Below are positions 54,061 through 61,875 of a stretch of DNA of 64,000 nt, piece after piece (position 1 is the first letter of the stretch; every line of letters starts with the position of its first letter). The position numbers and the translations under genes were made by a program. The notes below the pieces were generated by a model, which ran no database searches, had not been told where the DNA came from, and saw nothing but the letters and a program-made list of their open reading frames with translations. The DNA lies in the sequence record MZ443783.1; one strand, given 5' to 3'.

Positions 54061-55497
54061 ATGTCATTCGATCTTCGTCAAAACTTACTGCTTGTTCGTG
54101 ACGCTGCCTTGACAGGTAAGCCGCTGTTCTATTTCTACAACGCCATGGGACGTGAGATGGTTCTTACTGGCGATGTGTTGCGTGAAATCATTGATCGTCA
54201 GAAAGAAGGTACGCTCTGCACTAACACTTACTGGGGTTTCGCTTCTGACCCTACGCTGGAAGTTTGGTCGTTCGACGATAACAATGACCTAATGCTTCAC
54301 CATCACGTAGGCAAGTCCTGCAAAACGTTCCTGCCGTATGAGATGATTGAGAGTGCGCATGAAGGCTTCAAGCCAATCAATGGTCTGTTCATCGAAGACA
54401 GCCTGCGCCGTATCATCCGTATTCATCTCAAGGCAACGTGCCGTGAAGAACAAAAGATCACTTGGTTCGCCGATCTGCCTGAGCCTGAAATGCGTAGTAT
54501 GTTGTTGTCTCTCGGTGTTGGTCCTATGCGTGTGTCGCGTGAAGACAAAGAAGGTTTGATCAAACTTCATGACCGCTGGCTCGAAGACTTCGACGACAAA
54601 TACAAGTACACGCACAACGCAATCGGCTTGGACGACAACGAAAAAATTCCTGCTGACTATCGCCCTGAACGCATTCGTGATCTTACGAAGCGTATGATGG
54701 CTAACGGTAAGACTCAGGAAATGATGGACCAAACTCTGAATGACCTGCTGCGTCAGTGTCGTATCAGAGGCGATATCCCACATCCTGGTCGTAACTTCAA
54801 TCGTTACCAATTGACCTGCTACTATGCAACGCATTTGATCTTTGCGCAAGATGCGAAAGAGAAAATGGTTGAACTGATCGATAATCCGCAATTCGTGGTC
54901 AACTTTATTTATGGTTGGTACCCGGACTACACATGGATTACGATCAACGAAGAAACGTTCGAGTATCAGCGGTCTCTGGTACGTGCCGCGCTGATCAGTT
55001 TGCAGAGTCATGTGCAAAATGAAGTTGGCGTATACAAGATCGATCATGGTATGGTTACGTTCGCAGATAACTTTGACCCACACGCAGACGAAGAACCAGA
55101 AGATGACGGTCTGGTGGATGACGAAGAAGACGAGATTGAAAATGAACCTGAGCAGGAACGTGTGCCGCTGCCACGTAAATTCCCGGTGATGTTGCATCAT
55201 AACCGCATCAACCACGATGTTATTCGTCGCTCTTTGGTTCAGATGAAGATCATTGCGAGCCAGAGCGCTCTCAATAAACTGTTTAAGAAAGACGGTTTGA
55301 CCGTTGCCCAGCAACACGCAGCATATCGTACAATGCTGAAAAATGTTGTTCTGGACCCAGCACGGGACGTACTGAGCAAGCTGTCTGATTCGTCTTTATG
55401 TGCGCTGGCCATGAGCCTGACTAAGCTGAAAGACGGTGATGGCTATCCTCGTGACAATGCGTACCTGAAAGAACTAATTAAACACGCGGTCAAGTGA
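54061..55497 (+). CDS. hypothetical protein (478 aa)
   Basis: GGAG RBS after a hairpin at 54028-54045. Confidence 0.82.
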   Translation: MSFDLRQNLLLVRDAALTGKPLFYFYNAMGREMVLTGDVLREIIDRQKEGTLCTNTYWGFASDPTLEVWSFDDNNDLMLHHHVGKSCKTFLPYEMIESAHEGFKPINGLFIEDSLRRIIRIHLKATCREEQKITWFADLPEPEMRSMLLSLGVGPMRVSREDKEGLIKLHDRWLEDFDDKYKYTHNAIGLDDNEKIPADYRPERIRDLTKRMMANGKTQEMMDQTLNDLLRQCRIRGDIPHPGRNFNRYQLTCYYATHLIFAQDAKEKMVELIDNPQFVVNFIYGWYPDYTWITINEETFEYQRSLVRAALISLQSHVQNEVGVYKIDHGMVTFADNFDPHADEEPEDDGLVDDEEDEIENEPEQERVPLPRKFPVMLHHNRINHDVIRRSLVQMKIIASQSALNKLFKKDGLTVAQQHAAYRTMLKNVVLDPARDVLSKLSDSSLCALAMSLTKLKDGDGYPRDNAYLKELIKHAVK

Positions 55498-55531
55498 ATC
55501 GTAAACATACCTATCATTGAAGGGAAACAAA

Positions 55532-55954
55532 ATGCAATTCGAACAAAACATTCTGGTAGTTAATCGTGTGGCTCTTATCATGGGCGATGACCTCGTAGCT
55601 AAATGGGGTGAGGCTGCAAACGCCAATCGCGATCAGGCTGCGTATGCGACCATCGTTATTCTGTCTCGTCTTCAACAAAAGGTTATTGCTGCCCTTGCTG
55701 CGGAAAACCCAGAAGCCTGCTGCCGTCCTGATTTGCTTTGGACCGACTACGGTTCAATCTCAACCTCAGGCCTGTTTGTCATTGCTTCCTCTGCGGACCG
55801 TGAAGTGTTGAATCACTTCGAAGACCATGACTACCTGAATCATCTGCACACAATCAAACGTGTTGCTGAGGAGAATGGATTCACGTTAACCGTTACGCCA
55901 GTGAAGCACTTATTCCCATTCGCTAACACTGAAATTCCAGCTAACATGAAATGA
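55532..55954 (+). CDS. hypothetical protein
   Basis: AAGGGA RBS before ATG 55532. Confidence 0.75.
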   Translation: MQFEQNILVVNRVALIMGDDLVAKWGEAANANRDQAAYATIVILSRLQQKVIAALAAENPEACCRPDLLWTDYGSISTSGLFVIASSADREVLNHFEDHDYLNHLHTIKRVAEENGFTLTVTPVKHLFPFANTEIPANMK

Positions 55955-55962
55955 GGTGACCT

Positions 55963-56262
55963 ATGCCACGCGAACAAATTCTGATGAATGACGTTGCTAT
56001 CGTCCTGACCATGAGCGAACGTCGTGCGTTCTTGGGACCTAAAGCTGATGGCTTCGTGTACTTGCCGTCGAAAGAAGCTCTCACGAAGTTTGAGGCTCAT
56101 ATCAAACGTTATGGTAGTCGTGATGAGTATGCGTTCATTGAACACCGCGAACTGCACTCTTTGAACTCTGCTGGGATTGTGGCTATCGCTCACGCTGTCG
56201 AATCTGACTCCGAGCGCCCGTGGTTGTGGACGAAAGAAGACTTCCGCGTTAAGCTCTGGTAA
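55963..56262 (+). CDS. hypothetical protein (99 aa)
   Basis: GAGGTG RBS. Confidence 0.75.
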   Translation: MPREQILMNDVAIVLTMSERRAFLGPKADGFVYLPSKEALTKFEAHIKRYGSRDEYAFIEHRELHSLNSAGIVAIAHAVESDSERPWLWTKEDFRVKLW

Positions 56263-56315
56263 GCATAAAACTGGCTAAAATCGTGGTATCAATTTAAGCC
56301 CGACTGTGATATACT
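56263..56315 (+). promoter_or_regulatory. early promoter cassette 8
   Basis: GCATAAAACTGGCTAAAATCG, 26 nt, TG-A-TATACT. Confidence 0.85.
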
Positions 56316-56365
56316 AAAAGCGTAGCGATGCTGCGCTTTTTCACTTATGTCTGAGGAGACAACAA

Positions 56366-56830
56366 ATGATTGAAGAAATCAAACCCACCATGTCGGATAT
56401 TGAATTGCAGGACCAGATGATCGATGCGGCTGCCCAGAAGCTGATTGAACTGAAACCTGAATGGGTGGACGTTTGTGCGGCTGCACTTCGTTTATATCTG
56501 ACCGTGTGTGAAGAAATTGGCGGTCCTATTCCAGAACTGCGGTTCGTCCACAACTCCAAGCCGTGCCGTCTTCAATTCAATTTGAAAGAGTCGGTGGAAG
56601 GTGCCGAGTTCGTGGCGAACGAAATCGACAAAGACAAGCAGATGGCTATTGTCGATGAAATGTTGAAAACTGCCGAAGCGTGTCCGAACGGCCACTCGAT
56701 GTTGGACTTCGCTATTTGCTCTGGACGCCTGTTCATGATTGGTTATGATGGCCTTGCTGGTACGCTCGATAAGATTTGCTTCTGTGCCAACAAGAAAAAC
56801 TATTCCATGACTCTGGTTAAAGGTGAATAA
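56366..56830 (+). CDS. hypothetical protein (154 aa)
   Basis: GAGGAG RBS in a hairpin. Confidence 0.8.
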   Translation: MIEEIKPTMSDIELQDQMIDAAAQKLIELKPEWVDVCAAALRLYLTVCEEIGGPIPELRFVHNSKPCRLQFNLKESVEGAEFVANEIDKDKQMAIVDEMLKTAEACPNGHSMLDFAICSGRLFMIGYDGLAGTLDKICFCANKKNYSMTLVKGE

Positions 56831-56831
56831 C

Positions 56832-57515
56832 ATGAAACCTGACTACACTCTGCTTAAACGTAGTAAGACGCACGAAGATGTTTTCGCTTTCGTGTTTGAC
56901 GGCGAGTTGCTTGTTCAATTCAAAGCTGTCCAGTTGCATAAAGCTCTGACCGAAACGCTCAAAGCAAACTGCATCAATGAAGTCGATATCCTGTGGCGTG
57001 ACGGTACGCGTACGGTCCAACAACTGGTTGTGCATCATACGCGTGAGTTCGTACAGTTCGACACTATCGTCCACAACTACAGCGTGTGCCTGATGCTTCG
57101 CGCACAAGGCGTTGGTCATTCGCTTGCTGTGCCTGTCGATGTTCGTTCTATGTATGATGCCGACGGCCTGATGATCAGTGAGATTCGCATTGATAGTGAA
57201 ACAGTCGCTGATCTGATGCGTCACATTAAAACCACGCCATACATTGATCCAGAAGAAGATGACGATGTTGGCGATATGGACGAAGATGATGATTGGGATG
57301 ACGATGATCTCGATCCGACCGAGTTCCACGATATCGAAACAGAATCTATTGCCGATAACAAATTGCAGATTGGCGACTGGGGATATCGCGCCCACGACTG
57401 GGCGATCACTCTGACCGACGAACAGGTAGACCGCATTCACTTCCTCGAAGTCGGCATTGACCCTGACATTGAACTGCCTATTGCAGATGATGCTAAGAAG
57501 GACGCATTCTTCTAA
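56832..57515 (+). CDS. hypothetical protein with an acidic C-terminal half
   Basis: AGGTG RBS before ATG 56832. Confidence 0.78.
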   Translation: MKPDYTLLKRSKTHEDVFAFVFDGELLVQFKAVQLHKALTETLKANCINEVDILWRDGTRTVQQLVVHHTREFVQFDTIVHNYSVCLMLRAQGVGHSLAVPVDVRSMYDADGLMISEIRIDSETVADLMRHIKTTPYIDPEEDDDVGDMDEDDDWDDDDLDPTEFHDIETESIADNKLQIGDWGYRAHDWAITLTDEQVDRIHFLEVGIDPDIELPIADDAKKDAFF

Positions 57516-57706
57516 TGAAAACGATCAACGAACAAGTCAACGAATTGAAACAGCGCGGCGTGCTTATCATCGAAGAACACCAGAAGCATACGCTGCCAGA
57601 TTTGACCTTCACGCTCGACTGTATGTGTCTGCCTCATACGAAGCGTGAAGTAGAGACAACCACGCGCGGCCGCGTTGTTAAAATTCGCCTGACAAACATT
57701 CACTAA
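57515..57706 (+). CDS. hypothetical protein (63 aa)
   Basis: TAATG coupling. Confidence 0.65.
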   Translation: MKTINEQVNELKQRGVLIIEEHQKHTLPDLTFTLDCMCLPHTKREVETTTRGRVVKIRLTNIH

Positions 57707-57719
57707 CTTTTGTGGTCTT

Positions 57720-57794
57720 GGCCCGCCCGTCCAGAAATGCTCACCCCCAATGAGGTGTCTCGCGCAGGGGCATGACGGTCACCGGGTCCTTTTT
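57720..57794 (+). ncRNA. candidate structured RNA or long terminator
   Basis: Nested stems 57720-25/57783-88, 57727-31/57774-78 and 57737-42/57768-73, then TTTTT. Confidence 0.35.
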
Positions 57795-57850
57795 AGAGCG
57801 CACTACAGAGTACGCTGTACAAAGTAAACAACAAAACAGGAGGCTGTTAT

Positions 57851-58195
57851 ATGCGTTTCACCGAAGTATCAAAAGACGCACAGGTTGCGTTAATGTCTAG
57901 CGCACTTGCGGGAGTAATTGAGGCATTCACCCGCGAAGAAGATGATGAAGGCCGCAAGATTCTAGTTCTGGCCCTCAAGCAAGTCGGTCTGACGGTAGAT
58001 GAGTTCAGCGCACTTATCTCTGACTTGTCGCCAGAAGTTGAGCTTGAGATCGTTCGCGTTATGGAAGCTGCTGATGCCGAAGCGGATGAAGAAGACGCAG
58101 ACAGCGAACTCGACACGATGGAAGAGCGCCCAGGCAACCTGAACGATGCGCCGAACATTAATGCAGACGGCTGGGAGAATCTCAAAGATGAGTAG
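57851..58195 (+). CDS. hypothetical acidic protein (114 aa)
   Basis: AGGAGG RBS. Confidence 0.8.
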   Translation: MRFTEVSKDAQVALMSSALAGVIEAFTREEDDEGRKILVLALKQVGLTVDEFSALISDLSPEVELEIVRVMEAADAEADEEDADSELDTMEERPGNLNDAPNINADGWENLKDE

Positions 58196-58391
58196 TCAAG
58201 ATGATGTGAATGGTAGAATTGCTGCGGCCGACGAGCAACGTCAGAAAGAGCGTGAATCACGCTATGATGATTGGTCGATTGACGACCTGCGTGATGCTCT
58301 GCTTGAGAATGGTCTTGTATTTGACGGTGAAGACGTAGACGACTACAGCCGCGCAGACTGTATCAGACTGCTACTGGCTGATGGCTTCTAA
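58188..58391 (+). CDS. small acidic protein with a HeH-like module (67 aa)
   Basis: YDDWSIDDLRDALLENGL...SRADCIRLLL; GGGAG RBS. Confidence 0.7.
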   Translation: MSSQDDVNGRIAAADEQRQKERESRYDDWSIDDLRDALLENGLVFDGEDVDDYSRADCIRLLLADGF

Positions 58392-58444
58392 GCACAAAAC
58401 TGGACAAAATCGTGGTTGTCTCAAATAGCTGCCTGAACTATACT
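58392..58444 (+). promoter_or_regulatory. early promoter cassette 9
   Basis: GCACAAAACTGGACAAAATCG, 26 nt, TATACT. Confidence 0.85.
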
Positions 58445-58450
58445 ATATAG

Positions 58451-58648
58451 ACAGCGAGACAACTATCTCTCTGTATGCCTTTGTTATTGCTTGACCGTGT
58501 GTTTTTCGATTTTCCCGGACGCACGGTCCTTTTTAAAGTGGACTTCGCTGAGGTTCCTTTAAAAAGGGTTCGATACCCTTTGAGCGCGTCGGGCTTTACG
58601 CGGTTTCCGCCTTACGTGCTCTCATGCTAAACCGCAAAGGAAATTGAA
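58451..58648 (+). promoter_or_regulatory. ~200-nt structured 5' leader or attenuator candidate
   Basis: Several hairpins, one followed by T5; alternative pairing near the SD. Confidence 0.4.
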
Positions 58649-59407
58649 ATGCCTACTACTTCACGTCCTAAGACAGAAGACAAGTTTTCCCGTGCTCGCG
58701 CCGCCAAAAACTCACCTGAGCGTCAGGCCGCGGCCACCAAGAAAACGCCACGAGGTCCTTCCTCGGTTCGTCCTAAATCAACGGCAGATCGTGAGCCTAA
58801 GATTCGTGACGAGGAGCGTGTGTACAATCTCGTACATGCAATTCTGAGCGCGTGGAAAGCTGATGTGGGTCATGCCGAACACACGGCAGCCTCTGCTGGT
58901 ATCATCAAAGTGTCTCGCCGTAAGATTGAAGGTGCCTTGCGTGACCTCAAGAATACGCGCTTCACTAAGATCCCGACGCTCATTAATGACGTCCTCGTGT
59001 ATAACGAAGTCTGCAATGAGTTCGGGCAGTGGGTATATGTCGAGCATGACAGTCCTGATTGGATTTTCGTGCGCTTGCCTGAAAACAGCACACCTGTGAT
59101 TCGTGCTGATATCAGCTACGACAAGACAGGCAAAACGTCTGCGTCTGTTTCGACTTCCAGCGAAGTGTTGCTGGAGGACTTTGACGAAGACGAAGAAGAT
59201 GAAATCCCTGAGAACGTCGAATATGACGACGAGGATGATTCTGATGTGAACGAAGAAGAGGACGACGAGGAGGAGTACCAGTCCTGGTCCCTCAGCCAAC
59301 TTCAAAACTTTGCTAAGGCCGAAGGTTACATCTGCATCAAAGATGAAGGTTGGAACGACCGCCAGACGCTTCTTGCTCGCATCCTGAATAAGGGAGCAAT
59401 CAAATGA
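58649..59407 (+). CDS. hypothetical protein (252 aa): basic N-terminus, acidic linker, C-terminal HeH-like module
   Basis: AAGGA RBS, TTG start. Confidence 0.78.
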   Translation: MPTTSRPKTEDKFSRARAAKNSPERQAAATKKTPRGPSSVRPKSTADREPKIRDEERVYNLVHAILSAWKADVGHAEHTAASAGIIKVSRRKIEGALRDLKNTRFTKIPTLINDVLVYNEVCNEFGQWVYVEHDSPDWIFVRLPENSTPVIRADISYDKTGKTSASVSTSSEVLLEDFDEDEEDEIPENVEYDDEDDSDVNEEEDDEEEYQSWSLSQLQNFAKAEGYICIKDEGWNDRQTLLARILNKGAIK

Positions 59408-59853
59408 GTCTGACTATTCGCTCTGCTGCCGAAACTGCTGCAATGATCATTGAAAACGTCACTCTCTACTCTCAAGAGAAGGGGCACGAATATCCGCTGC
59501 CGCGCTTTAAGATGCCCGACAATGCGATACGTCGAATCTCTGGTCATGCTCGCGTTCTGCCTGAAAGCTATATTGAGCAACTGTCTATCGAGCTGCAACA
59601 AATCGACTGGATGATGCTGCGGTATAACGCCGGCGAGTTCTTGTTCATGCACTACGATATCCCAAAGAACTGGACGCGACTGAGTGCGAAGCGTGTGGTC
59701 CCTAATGACGACCCTGCCGCTGAGTACGATACGTGGACGCTTCCTGAACTTCAGGGCTTCGCTCAACGTAACGACTTTTTGCAGCCTGACGAAGAGGGCT
59801 TCAACGATAGAGCGTCACTGATTCGCGCTATCATGCTAGGCGAGACCCATTGA
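59404..59853 (+). CDS. hypothetical protein (149 aa) with a C-terminal HeH-like module
   Basis: C-terminal ~40 aa clearly similar to that of 58649-59407. Confidence 0.8.
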   Translation: MSLTIRSAAETAAMIIENVTLYSQEKGHEYPLPRFKMPDNAIRRISGHARVLPESYIEQLSIELQQIDWMMLRYNAGEFLFMHYDIPKNWTRLSAKRVVPNDDPAAEYDTWTLPELQGFAQRNDFLQPDEEGFNDRASLIRAIMLGETH

Positions 59854-59872
59854 GTAGGGGGAAGATAATCGA

Positions 59873-60019
59873 ATGAACAAATCTAAGCGGGACGCAGAAG
59901 ACCCCGACATTGCTAAAATGCGCAAGCGTCTGGTAGATGCGAAAATCATCAAGCCAGAAGCTGCTGTGAAGCTGTCAAGCAATGACATTGTGAAGCTGTA
60001 CACTTACTACAGCGTATAA
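59873..60019 (+). CDS. small protein (48 aa)
   Basis: MNKSKRDAEDPDIAKMRKRLVDAKIIKPEAAVKLSSNDIVKLYTYYSV; GGGGGA upstream; below the track cutoff. Confidence 0.6.
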   Translation: MNKSKRDAEDPDIAKMRKRLVDAKIIKPEAAVKLSSNDIVKLYTYYSV

Positions 60020-60067
60020 GCAATAATGAGCAGGCAGTGAACGTGCTGCCTGCTATCTGCGAAGTAT

Positions 60068-60121
60068 GCAGAAAACTGGACAAAATCGTGGTTGTTATCT
60101 GAAAGCAACCTATGCTATACT
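60068..60121 (+). promoter_or_regulatory. early promoter cassette 10
   Basis: GCAGAAAACTGGACAAAATCG, 27 nt, TG-C-TATACT. Confidence 0.85.
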
Positions 60122-60184
60122 TAATGCAGACGCAATATCGCGTCGGCAAGCAAATCAAACAACAAATACTGAGGAGTATTAATC

Positions 60185-61792
60185 ATGGCACGTCTGGAAA
60201 CTAACACTAACCTGGTTGGCAAAACTATCATCCTGCTGAACGGCACCAAATCTAAAATCGAAGATGCAATCGCGTCTGGCTATAAAGTGAAGGGCCAGTC
60301 AAAACGTATCGCCACCCGCTGCGTCATCAAAGAAGGTTCTCACTTCCGCGAAATTGAGCGCATGAACATGAGCCAGCTGGAAGATACTGGTGAAGGTTAC
60401 GTTAAACTGAAAGATGCGAAAGCGTCTGGTAAGAAAGCTGGCGCGAAAGAGAAAGAGCCGAAAGCGTCTGGCAAGAAGACTGGCGGCAAAGCTACGGCCA
60501 AAGAGAAAGAGCCGAAAGTTCGCCGTAAGTCTTCTAAAGAGCAAGGCGATGAGTATCAGGCTCTGGCGAAAGAAATCATCAAAGGCGGCAAACGTGCTGC
60601 GCCAGTTGAAATCGACGAGATCGATGGCGACCTGACTGATACCGTTGCTCAACGTCTGGTAGACGTACTGAACAATACCGAAATCGCCAAGCTGTGCGCT
60701 GACAACAAAACGCCGATCGCTAACGCCATCGAAGTTGCTTACGGCGCTGAGTTCGCACCTGAAACAAACGTCATGCAGATCACGCTGAGCCTGCAATACG
60801 CGAAGCCTGTTAAAATGCAGTCATCTTCTACGCTGGAAAACGCCGATGCAATCGCGGCCCGTGCTAAGAAAATGATCGCGCCGAAGCTGTCTAAGAAAAT
60901 CGCTAAGGCGATTCGTGAAGCGTTCGGCCTGGAAGACGCCGCCGAGCTTGAAGCTGGTACCGTGTTGTTGTCTGACGGCGCTGAGTTCGTCTTCTGCGGC
61001 GAGAGCGCGAAGCACCTCGGCAAAGCGCTGCTGTATGTTGTAGAGACCGACAAGTTCAAATCTGTTGTAGGCTCTGCGCTGGCTGATTACGAAATTGATC
61101 AGGAAGAAGAAGAGGAAGAAGAGGAAGACCTCGAGGAAGAGGAGTCTGAGGAGGAAGAAGAAGAGGAGGAGGAGGAAGAAGAGGAGGAGGAAGAAGAAGA
61201 CGGCGAAGAAGAAGACGGCGAAGAAGACGACGGTGAGTCTGACGATACTGAATACCAGTATGTGGCCGTGACCAAAGATCATACCAACATGATCAACAAG
61301 AAAGTCACCGCTAAGTATCACGCCGCGCTGGCTGAGCGCTTCAACACAACCGAAGAAGCTCTGGTCCCTGGCCTCGTGTTGACTGACGGCGAAACAACGT
61401 TCGCTTACCTGGGCTGTGATAGCAAAGGTGGTCTGCTGGTCATCGACGTTGAAGCTGAGGAGAACGAAGAAGACGTTCTGCTGTATAGCAAAGCCGATAT
61501 CAAAGAACTGACCGACTTCAATCCTGTGCTGGATGACGTAGAAGGCGCTGCCGATGATGAAGGCGAAGAAGAAGACGGTGAAGAAGAAGACGGTGAAGAA
61601 GAAGACGGTGAAGAAGAAGACGGTGAAGAGGAAGAAGACGACGAAGACTTCGACTTCGATGATGTTCCTGCCGTTGACCTGAAAGATCTGTCCGAAGACG
61701 AACTGCGTGACCGTGTCGTTGAAGCCGGCCTGACCACCGTGCGTAAAGCTGACAAAATGAACGCGGCTCAACTGCGCAAGCTCCTGAAATAA
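60185..61792 (+). CDS. highly acidic multidomain protein (535 aa) with poly-E tracts
   Basis: GAGGAG RBS; two internal repeat domains; paralog of 61876-63126. Confidence 0.85.
   Translation: MARLETNTNLVGKTIILLNGTKSKIEDAIASGYKVKGQSKRIATRCVIKEGSHFREIERMNMSQLEDTGEGYVKLKDAKASGKKAGAKEKEPKASGKKTGGKATAKEKEPKVRRKSSKEQGDEYQALAKEIIKGGKRAAPVEIDEIDGDLTDTVAQRLVDVLNNTEIAKLCADNKTPIANAIEVAYGAEFAPETNVMQITLSLQYAKPVKMQSSSTLENADAIAARAKKMIAPKLSKKIAKAIREAFGLEDAAELEAGTVLLSDGAEFVFCGESAKHLGKALLYVVETDKFKSVVGSALADYEIDQEEEEEEEEDLEEEESEEEEEEEEEEEEEEEEEDGEEEDGEEDDGESDDTEYQYVAVTKDHTNMINKKVTAKYHAALAERFNTTEEALVPGLVLTDGETTFAYLGCDSKGGLLVIDVEAEENEEDVLLYSKADIKELTDFNPVLDDVEGAADDEGEEEDGEEEDGEEEDGEEEDGEEEEDDEDFDFDDVPAVDLKDLSEDELRDRVVEAGLTTVRKADKMNAAQLRKLLK
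61565..61624 (+). repeat. coding tandem repeat (GAAGAAGAAGACGGT)x4 = (EEEDG)4
   Basis: Four perfect 15-bp units; related units at 61190-61234. Confidence 0.9.
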
Positions 61793-61875
61793 ACCTGTAG
61801 TATCGCAACACTGAATAATGTACGCCTCAGACAGGGGCGTACATCTGACAACTAAGCTGATTGAGGAATCACACT

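Noticed and set aside
58564-58580. T-arm-like hairpin AAGGG-TTCGATA-CCCTT suggesting a tRNA
   Set aside because: No matching acceptor stem, D arm, anticodon arm or CCA at tRNA spacing; kept only as part of a leader
24671-60121. Treating the 21-bp element as the -35 box
   Set aside because: It ends 25-27 nt before the -10, well outside the 16-18-nt sigma70 spacing
61565-61624. Tandem 15-bp repeat as a CRISPR array or origin
   Set aside because: No spacers; it encodes (EEEDG)4 in frame
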